Of a stretch of 64,000 nucleotides of DNA, positions 47,428-56,774 are shown piece after piece; the first letter of the stretch is position 1; each line of letters begins with the position of its first letter. The DNA lies in assembly GCA_963801355.1 (NCBI GenBank), contig CAWDEM010000008.1:2720001-2784000 (forward strand). The letters run 5' to 3'. The notes beneath the pieces were generated by a model. It was not told the DNA's origin. It saw only the letters and a program-made list of their open reading frames with translations, and ran no database searches. This DNA comes from Ignavibacteriota bacterium. GTDB taxonomy: Bacteria; Bacteroidota; Ignavibacteria; UBA10030; UBA6906. The translations under genes were made by a program, and so were the position numbers.

Positions 47428-48304
47428 CGCGAGACTCCTGCTGTTCGAACAGCCGTATGTAGTTCAGGACCTTCTCCACGTAGTCGCGGGTTTCCTTGAA
47501 CGGGGGTATCCCCCCGTGTTTCTGCACCGCACCGGGGCCGGCGTTGTATGATGCCAGCGCTTTTTCGCGGTCACCGCCGAACTGCTCCATGAGCTGGCTC
47601 AGATACTTCGCGCCACCCAGCACGTTCTCGCGGGGATTCCAGACATTGCTTACTCCCATTGCAGTCGCCGTGGAATCGATCAATTGCATCAACCCCTTGG
47701 CGTTCTTTGGAGAGCGCGCCCGGGGGTTGCCGTGCGATTCGGCTGCAATCACGGCTTTCAACATATTAGCGTCGACCCGGTGCGTATCCGCCGCTTCCTG
47801 GATAAACGGGGCGACCTTATCCAGACGCTGGCGGAGAGTGTCCGCTGCCGGTTGCACACTATCCGGAGCGGCCGGACGGATCAACGGTGCCTCCTGCGGC
47901 CGGGGCGCTGAGTCTGCCGGGGCGGCCGGGCGAATCGGGGTCGTCTCAAGGGGCCGGGATGTGAGGTGTTCCGGAGCGGCCGGGCGCGGTTGCGCGGTCC
48001 GGACGGCAGGCATTTCTTCGCCCGTCATCCGCCGGTACAGCATCTCGGCAAGACCGAGAGAACTGTTTTGCGAAACATGCTGTGCCATCTGACCGTCAAA
48101 CAGGCCATCCAGGATATCGCCGCCGTAGCTGTCCCCGAACATCTCGCTCGTGTTCACACCGGATCGCATGCTTTTAAGCATATATCCGACCAGCAGCGAT
48201 TCGAATTCCTTCGTCACCCGCTGCAATCGCTGGCGGGTCCGATCGTCGACGGGCTTGTGCTGTTGTGCCGCCGGGGTTCCCGGAAGTGTCCGCAGTCCGT
48301 CCAT
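47411..48304 (-). CDS. flgJ: FlgJ-like rod-binding domain fused to an SLT (GH23) lytic transglycosylase
   Basis: N-terminal KEFESLLVGYMLKSMR..LGLAEMLY; C-terminal AESHGNPRARS..GLMQL..ASYNAGPGAV..ETRDYVEKV; follows flgI. Confidence 0.8.
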   Translation of the reverse strand: MDGLRTLPGTPAAQQHKPVDDRTRQRLQRVTKEFESLLVGYMLKSMRSGVNTSEMFGDSYGGDILDGLFDGQMAQHVSQNSSLGLAEMLYRRMTGEEMPAVRTAQPRPAAPEHLTSRPLETTPIRPAAPADSAPRPQEAPLIRPAAPDSVQPAADTLRQRLDKVAPFIQEAADTHRVDANMLKAVIAAESHGNPRARSPKNAKGLMQLIDSTATAMGVSNVWNPRENVLGGAKYLSQLMEQFGGDREKALASYNAGPGAVQKHGGIPPFKETRDYVEKVLNYIRLFEQQESRDGDND

Positions 48305-49416
48305 TAGATAATCACCAGTTCCGCATTCAAAGCACCGGCCCGTTTCAAGGCCTGGAATATGGCAATAATGTCCCGGGGTGTCACTTTCAACGCATTCAGT
48401 GTCTTGGCCACATCCTGCACGGTGGCCGTCCCGTCAAAAGCCTGCACGGTGGAGGAGTCCTGGCCGGCATAGACCGCCGTCAACTGCGTCGTCACCGTCT
48501 GACCCTGCGAAAACGGCGCGGGTTGTGAAACCATGGGAATGGACTCAATTTCAATGTTCAGGCCGCCGTGGGAAATCGCAACCGACATGATGCTGACGGT
48601 GCCGCCGACCACGATTGTTCCCGTGCGCTCATTGATGACGACCTTGGCAATAACGTCGGGCGTCACCTCCAGCACTTCGATCGACGAGATGAATTCCACC
48701 AGCCGCCCTTCCGACCAGATGGACTGAGGCACCCGGATGGAGATGCTTGCTCCGTCTTCCGCGCGTGCCGCCCGTTCACCGAGCTTTCCGTTCACCGCAT
48801 CCGCAACCCGTGTCGCCGTGGTGAAATCCGGCTCCATGAGCACCACGGAGATTGTCGAGTCCTTCGTGATCGTCATATCCGGTGTTCGCTCCACCACCCC
48901 GCCGCCTGGAATCCGGCCGGCGGCCGTATGATTGCGCCGGATCTCGTTGCCGTTGGCCCGCACACTCATGCCGCCCACCGAGAGCGGCCCCTGGGCCATC
49001 ACATAGACGACACCGTCGATGCCGGAGAGCGGGGTCATGAGGAGCGTCCCCCCCTGCAGGCTTGTCGCGTCTCCCATCGACGAGACGATAACATCGACGT
49101 CGCTTCCTTGCTTGGTGAATCCCGGAACGGTGGCGGTGACCATGACCGCGGCGACGTTGCGCAGCCTGAGATCGGCCTGGGGGACGTTGATGCCGAATCG
49201 CTTCAGCATGCTGGACACGGATTGGAGGGTGAAGGTCGATCTCTGGGTATCGCCTGATCCGTTGAGCCCGACCACGAGTCCATATCCGATGATCTGTTGA
49301 CCGCGTATGCCCTGCACATGGGCGATATCCTTGATACGGATTGCGCCCAGGGCGATTCCCGCGCCCACCAGCCAGACCGCGAGCATTATTCCGACACATC
49401 GAGAGTTGCGATTCAT
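48304..49416 (-). CDS. flgI: Flagellar P-ring protein
   Basis: RIKDIA, GYGLVVGLNGSGD, SLQGGTLLMTPL, VINERTGTIV, AGALNAEL. Confidence 0.96.
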   Translation of the reverse strand: MNRNSRCVGIMLAVWLVGAGIALGAIRIKDIAHVQGIRGQQIIGYGLVVGLNGSGDTQRSTFTLQSVSSMLKRFGINVPQADLRLRNVAAVMVTATVPGFTKQGSDVDVIVSSMGDATSLQGGTLLMTPLSGIDGVVYVMAQGPLSVGGMSVRANGNEIRRNHTAAGRIPGGGVVERTPDMTITKDSTISVVLMEPDFTTATRVADAVNGKLGERAARAEDGASISIRVPQSIWSEGRLVEFISSIEVLEVTPDVIAKVVINERTGTIVVGGTVSIMSVAISHGGLNIEIESIPMVSQPAPFSQGQTVTTQLTAVYAGQDSSTVQAFDGTATVQDVAKTLNALKVTPRDIIAIFQALKRAGALNAELVII

Positions 49417-49427
49417 ACCAGCCTCAT

Positions 49428-50006
49428 TCAGAATATCCAGTGCAACAATTTCGTGATCCACCCGGGTCCCTGGGCGCTCGACACAACCCCGTTTCCCTCA
49501 AAGGCGATCCGCGCATCGGCGATATTGTACGAGTAGACGCTGTTGTTCGCCAGGATATCCGCCGGCCTCACGATACCCGACAGCGTGATCTTCTGCTCCT
49601 CCCCGTTCACGATAATCGTGCGGAGACCGGTGATCACCAGATCACCGTTCGCCAGCACCGAATCCACACGCGCGCTGATCTTCGCACGAATTGACCCGCG
49701 GGTGGATGTCGCTCCGGAGCCTTTGAAGGAGTTGCCGGTTCCCACGCCAAGGGACACCTCCGGCATTTCGGAGGATCCGGCTTTTGCCGCGGCGTTCATC
49801 GAGATATTGCTTTCGCGATCCGCGGATGTGCTCGCGTCATTCGACGCGCTTGACACCTCCACGACGAGGACCATGACTGCATCACCGACCGCCGTCGCCC
49901 GCGGATCAGCGAACAACGACCGGCCGACATTCGCACGCATGTCCTGAGCCACCGACGCAGTGACGAGGATGAGGACGCCGGCACATAGCACACATGCACG
50001 TTTCAT
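49428..50006 (-). CDS. flgH: Flagellar L-ring protein
   Basis: SLFADPRA..VGD, VLANGDLVI.G, LSGIVRPADI..N...S..IADARI, PGWIT. Confidence 0.93.
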   Translation of the reverse strand: MKRACVLCAGVLILVTASVAQDMRANVGRSLFADPRATAVGDAVMVLVVEVSSASNDASTSADRESNISMNAAAKAGSSEMPEVSLGVGTGNSFKGSGATSTRGSIRAKISARVDSVLANGDLVITGLRTIIVNGEEQKITLSGIVRPADILANNSVYSYNIADARIAFEGNGVVSSAQGPGWITKLLHWIF

Positions 50007-50743
50007 CAGTTCTCCTTTCCCGCATCCAACGGAACAATGACACTTCCCGAGCCGTCGACCCGTGCCCGAATACGCTCATGACGGCCCGTCAAATCCACAA
50101 CCACGTATTCACCCCGCCCGCCATCCCCGCGTGCAATGCCTTCCGTCGACATCGATATCCCGCGCGTTTGCACTTTCACGAGGACCCGATCCCCCTGTTG
50201 CACGAGCGGTACGCTCTCGAAGAGATCCTCATACAGGATGCTCCCCCGAGGAATGATCTGGCGTGACCGGAGGCCTTCCGGCGGGCCCGGCTCGATCAGG
50301 ACCCGCCGCCGCATCAGTGTTGTTTCCATGTGCACCGTCCGGACGTCTTCCGGCTTCAGTTCGGCGTGGCGGCCGATGACGCGCTCAGCAACCAGCACCT
50401 CGGCGTACGTTCTGATCAGCAAAGAAACCAGACACCGATGCACAATCCGCCCTTCCGACTCGACTTCCACCCGCACCGCTATCGCACCTTTCCATTCCGT
50501 GCGGGCATCGCCGGCAACATGGAGGCGATAGGAGGTCCCGGGCACTTCAATGTTCTCCGGCACCGCACGAAACGTGATTTCAGCCCGCTCGCCACCGTTG
50601 GGACACCGCACCGTGAGGAATGCCCGCACGGCTTCTTCAATTTCCGGCGGCTGGACCTTTGTGCCTCCCTGCGCGCCATCGGCGGCAAGGAGCACGACCA
50701 GGAGGAGCCATCCCGGGAATCTGCTATGTGCGTGTCGGGCCAT
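50006..50743 (-). CDS. flgA: P-ring formation chaperone FlgA
   Basis: Signal peptide; SAF-like region; PLVQQGDRV..G.A..DG..GE.V; between flgG and flgH. Confidence 0.85.
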   Translation of the reverse strand: MARHAHSRFPGWLLLVVLLAADGAQGGTKVQPPEIEEAVRAFLTVRCPNGGERAEITFRAVPENIEVPGTSYRLHVAGDARTEWKGAIAVRVEVESEGRIVHRCLVSLLIRTYAEVLVAERVIGRHAELKPEDVRTVHMETTLMRRRVLIEPGPPEGLRSRQIIPRGSILYEDLFESVPLVQQGDRVLVKVQTRGISMSTEGIARGDGGRGEYVVVDLTGRHERIRARVDGSGSVIVPLDAGKEN

Positions 50744-50747
50744 ACTG

Positions 50748-51536
50748 TTACCGTTTGACGTTGGTTGCGACACTGAGCATATCTTCGACCGTCTTGATCG
50801 TCTTGGCGCTGATCTCATAAGCGCGCTGGGCCGTGATCATGCCGACCATCTCTTCCACGACATCCACGTTGGAGGATTCCAGGTATCCCTGCATCACCTC
50901 CCCGAAGCCTTCCGTCGTCGCCGATCCCGGGATGGGCGCCCCGGAGGCACTCGTTTCCACATAGAGGTCGCCGCCAATTGCGCGCAGCCCCGCGGGATTG
51001 ACGAACTTCACCAGTTCGAACTGACCGAGGCGGACCGTCTCGGCATCACCGACGGTCTTGGCTTCAATGGCACCATCCCGGCCAATGACGATTTCGGTCG
51101 TGTCCGAAGAGAACGTGACCGCCGGCTCGACGAGGTATCCCTGCGAGGTCACCAGTGTTCCGTCTCCTGACATCTTGAATGCGCCATCCCGCGTATACGC
51201 CAGTGTCCCGTCCGGCCTCCGGATCTGGAAAAAGCCCTCACCCTGGAGCGCGATATCCAGCTGGTTTTGGGTTGGTTGAATGTCCCCCTGTGTGAATGAC
51301 TTCGACGTCGCCACCGGCACGGCGCCGTTTCCCACCTGCAACTCCGCCGCCTGTTGGAGATTCGGATTCTGGGAGACTCCCGTGGCCTTCAGGGTTTGAT
51401 ACATTAGATCCTGGAATTCCGGGCGGCTCTTCTTGAAGCCCGTGGTATTGACATTCGCCAGGTTATGGGCGATGGTGTCAATGTTCAGTTGTTGGGCGAG
51501 CATGCCCGTTGCTGCTGTCCGCAGTGCGCGATTCAT
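50748..51536 (-). CDS. flgG: Distal rod protein FlgG
   Basis: AATGMLAQQ..NLANVNTTGFKK..FQDLMYQ, YTRDG, LESSNVDVVEEMV..QRAYE. Confidence 0.96.
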   Translation of the reverse strand: MNRALRTAATGMLAQQLNIDTIAHNLANVNTTGFKKSRPEFQDLMYQTLKATGVSQNPNLQQAAELQVGNGAVPVATSKSFTQGDIQPTQNQLDIALQGEGFFQIRRPDGTLAYTRDGAFKMSGDGTLVTSQGYLVEPAVTFSSDTTEIVIGRDGAIEAKTVGDAETVRLGQFELVKFVNPAGLRAIGGDLYVETSASGAPIPGSATTEGFGEVMQGYLESSNVDVVEEMVGMITAQRAYEISAKTIKTVEDMLSVATNVKR

Positions 51537-51559
51537 AGCTACTCCTTCTCCTCTTGTTA

Positions 51560-52300
51560 TTACACTCTGCCGATCTCCATACTGCGATCCAACGTCGCGT
51601 CCTGCGACTGAATGATCTTCTGGTCGGTTTCAAAACTCCGGCTAAGCTCTATCATCGCAATCATCTCCTCGATTCCGTCCACGTTCGATTCCTCCAGAAA
51701 TCCCTGCCGCACGTGGCGCTGGTCGTGCGGGATCGTGACCGTCGGCTGGTCGGGGGCAGGAATGAACAGCGACTCATGGTCCTTCCGGAGCTGGTCCGGC
51801 TGGGCCACGTCCACGATTTTCAGCCGGGCGAGAGGCTCGCGGTCCGACAACAGCTCTCCCGCCTCGTTGACAGTAATAGATCCCTGCTGGAGTTTCTCGA
51901 TGTTCGGGACCACCAGATCGCCGTTCTCTCCCTGCACGCGGAAACCTTCGGCTGTCACGAGACTGCCGTCGGGCGCGAGATGGAAATGACCATTCCGGGT
52001 CAGGCGCAGGCCGTGCGGAGTCTCCACCGCGAAGAATCCGTTTCCTTCCAGGGCCAGATCGAATGTGTTGCCTGTCGGCTGAAGCGATCCGGGAGTGAGA
52101 TCCACAGACTGCCGCATGACAATCCCTGTAAGATCGTTCCTGCCGTCGGACGCGGCGCCGGACTCCTGCAGCATCTCGAAGAACACCCTATCCTTCTTGA
52201 ATCCGGTGGAATTGATATTTGCCAGGTTATTGGCAATCACCTCCATGCGTGCCATTTTGGGACGCATGGACGCTTCGGACGTATAGATGCCCTTGATCAT
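51560..52300 (-). CDS. flgF: Proximal rod protein FlgF
   Basis: ANNLANINSTGFKKD, TGNTFDLALEGNGFF, TRNG, QGFLEESNV; upstream of flgG. Confidence 0.88.
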   Translation of the reverse strand: MIKGIYTSEASMRPKMARMEVIANNLANINSTGFKKDRVFFEMLQESGAASDGRNDLTGIVMRQSVDLTPGSLQPTGNTFDLALEGNGFFAVETPHGLRLTRNGHFHLAPDGSLVTAEGFRVQGENGDLVVPNIEKLQQGSITVNEAGELLSDREPLARLKIVDVAQPDQLRKDHESLFIPAPDQPTVTIPHDQRHVRQGFLEESNVDGIEEMIAMIELSRSFETDQKIIQSQDATLDRSMEIGRV

Positions 52301-53460
52301 GACCCGGAGCCCTCCTTGTTCTTCTCCGCCGCCCGCAGCGTGCGCAGTTTCATTGCAAGCTCCATTTCACCCCGGCCGACTCCCAGCTTTCGCGCCTGCT
52401 GGAGGCGCTTATCCGTCGTCGTCGCATGGGTGAGTGTTTCTTCCATGCGCGCAGCCGATATCTTCGGCGTGACATGGTCCTGCATCCGCCGGGCGAGGGA
52501 AATTTCTTCGCTGCCGCGGCGGAATGTGCGTGCAAGCTGCAGCGATGTCTCATGCTCGTCATCGGTGTCTTCGGACTCTTCCGGTTCAGGATCCGGCATA
52601 GTGCTCCGTGCGTTTTCCGGTTCCGTGGATGCGGGAGATTCTGCCGCACGTCCCTTCCCGGCGTCCTGGACAGGCGTGGCGGCGGTTGCCGGCTTTCTCC
52701 GGAATGCGAGGGCCAGCGCCGCACTACCGCCGGTCAGCAGGAGTGCTACGACGACCGAAATCAGGAGCGCTGACATGGGCGTCAGGGTTGCGCGCACCGT
52801 CTGTTGTGTCCTCCGCTGCGACGGCATCCCGGCTGACGCGGCCTGCACCTGGTCGCGCACCATCCCGGGGATGTCGACTACGGGTTGTGACTGCGGGCGC
52901 AATTCGACGATAGCGGGAGCCTTCGGAGCAGGGACCGTCGCCGCCGCATCACGGGTTTGGCGTGCCGGCACCCGCACCGTGGTGACAATGGATTTTGCCG
53001 GGGCCGGCGCCGCGGGTACACGATCCTCCTGCGGTGCACCAGTCCACTGTGGCATAGCCGACTGACCGCCGGGGGGCACGACATCCACAACCAGAGTATT
53101 CCCGGATGCCGGCAGAATGCATCGATAGGTCGCTCCCGCCTGTACGGTCAATGCAACCACCATGCTGTCGCCCGGAAGCGGCGTGACGTCGATTCTCGTG
53201 ATATGACCCGAGCGCAGTACTTGATGCCTGGCCTTCATGGGGATCCCGATGCCGGTGCGGGAGAATCCCAGCCGGATGACACCATCGGAGCCAAGCGGGG
53301 AGTAACGCACCTCGCCGTCAAACAGCAGAATCACGCGGCTGTAGCCGGCCTGCGCGCTGTAGCGCACGTCCGTCAGTGTCGCACTCTCCGCCGCCGGGAC
53401 CGGGATGATGCCCCACAGCACGATGCCGAGCACGCTTAGCATTGTCCATCGCCGGTTCAT
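52297..53460 (-). CDS. Membrane protein: signal peptide, AMIN-like domain, Pro/Ala linker, TM helix, SwrB/DUF6115-like C-terminal motif
   Basis: LTDVRYS....YSRVILLFDG...LVVDV (AMIN-like); TM LLISVVVALLLTGGSAALALAF; C-terminal ARKLGVGRGEMELAMKL; start overlaps the kinase stop (TGATG). Confidence 0.65.
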   Translation of the reverse strand: MNRRWTMLSVLGIVLWGIIPVPAAESATLTDVRYSAQAGYSRVILLFDGEVRYSPLGSDGVIRLGFSRTGIGIPMKARHQVLRSGHITRIDVTPLPGDSMVVALTVQAGATYRCILPASGNTLVVDVVPPGGQSAMPQWTGAPQEDRVPAAPAPAKSIVTTVRVPARQTRDAAATVPAPKAPAIVELRPQSQPVVDIPGMVRDQVQAASAGMPSQRRTQQTVRATLTPMSALLISVVVALLLTGGSAALALAFRRKPATAATPVQDAGKGRAAESPASTEPENARSTMPDPEPEESEDTDDEHETSLQLARTFRRGSEEISLARRMQDHVTPKISAARMEETLTHATTTDKRLQQARKLGVGRGEMELAMKLRTLRAAEKNKEGSGS

Positions 53461-54821
53461 CAGTGTGCCCTCCAGACTGGAAGAAAGATCGTGAACGTCG
53501 TCCCTTTGCCAACTTCGCTTTCCACACGGAGCTCGCCTTTGTGCTGGGCAATGATCTTGCTGCAGATGGCGAGACCCAATCCGGTGCCCTTCTCTCCCTT
53601 CGTCGTGAAGAAAGGATTGAAGATCTTCTCCTGAAGATCTTTGGGAATGCCGCATCCCGTATCACCGATGCGGACGGATACGTGGTATCCTGTCAGCGAT
53701 GAGGTGATGCTGATCCTCCCGCCGTCGGGCATCGCATCGCGCGCATTGATCAGAAGATTCAGGAATACCTGCTGCAGATAGTTCGCATTTCCTCCCACCG
53801 CGGGGAGGTCATCCGCGAGCTGCAGGTCCAGAGCGATCCCGTTCCCCTCGAACTCGTGTTGCACCATCATCACGATGTCTTCGAGCGCCTTGTTGATGTT
53901 GATGGGCTCGGTCACCACTTCCTCGGAAGCGTTGCGGGAGAAATTCATCAGACGCAGGGTGATATCCGACAGGCGCTTCAGCTGTTTGCTGAACATATCA
54001 ATCCAGTTGGGCAGCGGGCGGCCCGCCTGCACCAGTTCGAGGTGCAGCATGAGCACCTGGAGCGGATTTTTAATTTCGTGCGCAATGCCTGCCGCAAGCT
54101 CACCGATCGCCGCCAGCTTTGCCGCCTGCACCATCTGTGCCTGCGACGCTTTCAGCTCCTCGTTGGCTTTCAACAGCTGCTGGTACGTCCGCCAGTTCTC
54201 GACGCCGACCGCAGCCTGATTCGCCAGCACCGATAGGAGCTGGATGTCCTGATTCGAGAACTCCTGCTGGGCTTTTTCCGTGTGGATCACGAACACGCCG
54301 ATCCCCTGGCTGCGCAGGATGAGCGGCACGATCACGAAATTCCGTGCACTCGACTTGGACATCATGTGGTCAAGATCCGGGATAATCACGGTTTTCTTTT
54401 CCGCGATCACCCAGTCCACGATGCCCGCTTCAAGCTGTCGTTGCGCTTCCTCGCCCAATCGCGGCGAGCCTTTGGAGGAAAGCGGGAGCAGCAGGCTTGA
54501 TGTGGACTGGAACAGAAAGATGTTGCAGTCGAGCACAGGCACCACCTGGCGCGCGAGCTCGATCAGCGCGCTGACGATCAGTTCGGGTTCGGTCGCCGTG
54601 CTGATGATGTTCGACAGCCGCTGTGTAGCCACCAGTTCGTCGATGGAACTCCGGATGGCCAGATTGTTCTGTGTGTACTGCACATTTTCCTGGCGCAGAA
54701 CATCAATCGTTTTTTCGAGGGCCTTGATATACGTCTCACGGCTCTCGATGAACTGTTCAAATTGCGGCAGGCTTTCTTCCAGCAATTCGTGGCGGCTCTT
54801 GCGTTTTGCGACGTGTTCCAT
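53460..54821 (-). CDS. Cytoplasmic GAF-HisKA-HATPase sensor histidine kinase
   Basis: GAF (VPLILRSQGIGV..FSNQDIQLLSVLANQAAVGVEN), H-box AGIAHEIKNPL, N-box NLLINARDAM, DTGCGI, PFFTTK, GTGLGL; no TM segment. Confidence 0.93.
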   Translation of the reverse strand: MEHVAKRKSRHELLEESLPQFEQFIESRETYIKALEKTIDVLRQENVQYTQNNLAIRSSIDELVATQRLSNIISTATEPELIVSALIELARQVVPVLDCNIFLFQSTSSLLLPLSSKGSPRLGEEAQRQLEAGIVDWVIAEKKTVIIPDLDHMMSKSSARNFVIVPLILRSQGIGVFVIHTEKAQQEFSNQDIQLLSVLANQAAVGVENWRTYQQLLKANEELKASQAQMVQAAKLAAIGELAAGIAHEIKNPLQVLMLHLELVQAGRPLPNWIDMFSKQLKRLSDITLRLMNFSRNASEEVVTEPININKALEDIVMMVQHEFEGNGIALDLQLADDLPAVGGNANYLQQVFLNLLINARDAMPDGGRISITSSLTGYHVSVRIGDTGCGIPKDLQEKIFNPFFTTKGEKGTGLGLAICSKIIAQHKGELRVESEVGKGTTFTIFLPVWRAH

Positions 54822-54834
54822 ACGTTCCCGTTTC

Positions 54835-55704
54835 TTACCGGACAGTCTCAAATTGGGTGACCTGCTCAAGATCGGCCTTAATCAGTCCACGGTATGATTG
54901 CATGTACTGGTCGAGCACTTCCTGGTCGGTCAGATGCAAATGGTCAAGCGCCTTTGCGTCAAACTGCACTCCCTTGTCAAAGCCCACCGGCTGTTCACTC
55001 ATCTGCACCGCAAAGACGTCTGCACAGTGGATAAGAGCCACCAGATCTTTGTTCTTGTCTGCGCGAGACGGCGTGTGGTGGTAGCTGATCGCTTCCACAA
55101 GGTGATCCGGCAGATTCCACCGTTCGGCCAGCCATCCTCCCACCTCCGCGTGGGTCACCCCCAGGACGCTTTCTTCGGCTTCGATAGCATTCAGGTCCGT
55201 GTCGGCGAGAATTTCCGCGATACGCTTGTACTCATTACGGAAATACCTGTGCAGGACGGAAATACCCATATCATGCAACAGGCCGCCCACGAACACCTCT
55301 CCACTGACACGGTATCCGAGGTCCCGCGCCAGGCGGCGGGCAAGGACGCCACTGGTAATCGAGTGATCCCAGAAGCCTTTTGCATCGAAAATCGAGTCCG
55401 ATTTTTTCTGGAGTGAGCTGACCAGTGAAATGCTGATCACGATCTCTTTGAGTGCATCGTACCCGAGCACGATGATCGCGAAGTCGATGGTGGAAATCTT
55501 CCGCGGGAAACCATAGAACGGCGAGTTGGCAATCTTCAGCACCTTTGCCGTCAGTGCCTGGTCGGTGGAAATGAGGCGCCCGAGCCTGGAGGCACTGGTC
55601 TTGGGGTTATCCACCAGTTCCACCACTTCCATTGCGACCGTGGGCAGGGCGGGCAACTGGATGATCGATTGCACTCTGTCGCGTATGTGATCCGGTGACA
55701 TCAT
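54835..55704 (-). CDS. HDOD domain protein
   Basis: LPALP, DQALTAKVLKIANSPFYG, FWDHS, GLLHDMG, HAEVGGWLAERWNLP..AISYHH. Confidence 0.93.
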   Translation of the reverse strand: MMSPDHIRDRVQSIIQLPALPTVAMEVVELVDNPKTSASRLGRLISTDQALTAKVLKIANSPFYGFPRKISTIDFAIIVLGYDALKEIVISISLVSSLQKKSDSIFDAKGFWDHSITSGVLARRLARDLGYRVSGEVFVGGLLHDMGISVLHRYFRNEYKRIAEILADTDLNAIEAEESVLGVTHAEVGGWLAERWNLPDHLVEAISYHHTPSRADKNKDLVALIHCADVFAVQMSEQPVGFDKGVQFDAKALDHLHLTDQEVLDQYMQSYRGLIKADLEQVTQFETVR

Positions 55705-55725
55705 ATCAAATTGTCTCGTCGTTTC

Positions 55726-56484
55726 TCATGGTCCCACTTCCACGGCAAGGAGACGGCTCCGGAGCTGCTGCAGTACTGCGGAGTGGATTTGCGACACACG
55801 TCCCTCTGTCAGGTTGAGAATTCTAGCAATCTCTGTGAACTTCAGACCTTCATAATAATAGAGTGCGATCACCGTCCGGTCCCTCTCGGAGAGCCGCTCG
55901 ACCGCCTCACGGAGGGCGGCACGGGTCTCTTCCTCCCCCAGACGCTCCAGCGGGCTCGGCGCCCCGGAGGCGACCTGGTCCATCGGTTCGGCGCTCCGGT
56001 GTTCCGCAACGATGTCCGCTTCACGAACCACTGTCGATCCGCCCCCCACCATAGTCCGGAATTCTTCGACCGACATGGAGAGCTTGCCGGCGATCTCCTC
56101 ATCGAGGGGCTCACGCCCTTTCTCCTGCATCACCTCATGAGCGGCCTTGCCGACCTTGCGGGTCGTCTCGCGCACCGCCCGCGGCACCCAGTCCAGCTTG
56201 CGCATCTCATCCAGGATCGCCCCGCGGATGCGTGGAATGGCGTATGTTTCGAACTTCACACCCTGGACCGGGGAGAACCGGTCAATTGCCGACAGCAGTC
56301 CCAGGACGCCGAAATGCACGACGTCGTTGTATTCCAGACCATGGCCCCTGCCCTGTTGCTGCAGGTTGAATTTGCTCACGACGTACCGCACAAGGTCCAT
56401 GTACTGGAGCACGAGCGCACGCTTCAGCTCCGCTTCGCGCGTCTGAAGAAACCGTCCCCACAGATCCTGTGTCGCTGTCTCCAT
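55726..56484 (-). CDS. fliA: Flagellar sigma factor sigma28 (FliA/WhiG)
   Basis: GLLSAIDRF, KFETYAIPRIRGAILDEMRKLDWVPR, LYYYEGL..EIA.IL.LTEGRVSQIH. Confidence 0.95.
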   Translation of the reverse strand: METATQDLWGRFLQTREAELKRALVLQYMDLVRYVVSKFNLQQQGRGHGLEYNDVVHFGVLGLLSAIDRFSPVQGVKFETYAIPRIRGAILDEMRKLDWVPRAVRETTRKVGKAAHEVMQEKGREPLDEEIAGKLSMSVEEFRTMVGGGSTVVREADIVAEHRSAEPMDQVASGAPSPLERLGEEETRAALREAVERLSERDRTVIALYYYEGLKFTEIARILNLTEGRVSQIHSAVLQQLRSRLLAVEVGP

Positions 56485-56507
56485 TGCTCAGTCTCGCACT
56501 GATGCAC

Positions 56508-56774
56508 TCATGACGGCATTGCTGCTTGCGGTGTTTGCGGCTCCACCGGCGGCGTCGCCGGACGATGCTCCGTACTCTGTTTCCCGGCAACGCCTTTGGG
56601 TGCGTGTTTCATCGACGCGAGAGCCACGAAGACCACCGCCTGCCCCAGCACGATCGCGATGAAGACGATGAAGGAACGCACCACCATGTCCATCAACGGG
56701 ATTCCCTGGGTGCCGTAGTACAGCACCGCCACGAAGAATCCGAGCAAACCCACCTGGAACATGACCTTTGTCAT
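56508..56774 (-). CDS. Small two-TM protein between flhG and fliA (FlgV-like by synteny)
   Basis: Two hydrophobic helices plus a Pro-rich tail; flhF-flhG-X-fliA order as for FlgV in Campylobacterota. Confidence 0.6.
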   Translation of the reverse strand: MTKVMFQVGLLGFFVAVLYYGTQGIPLMDMVVRSFIVFIAIVLGQAVVFVALASMKHAPKGVAGKQSTEHRPATPPVEPQTPQAAMPS

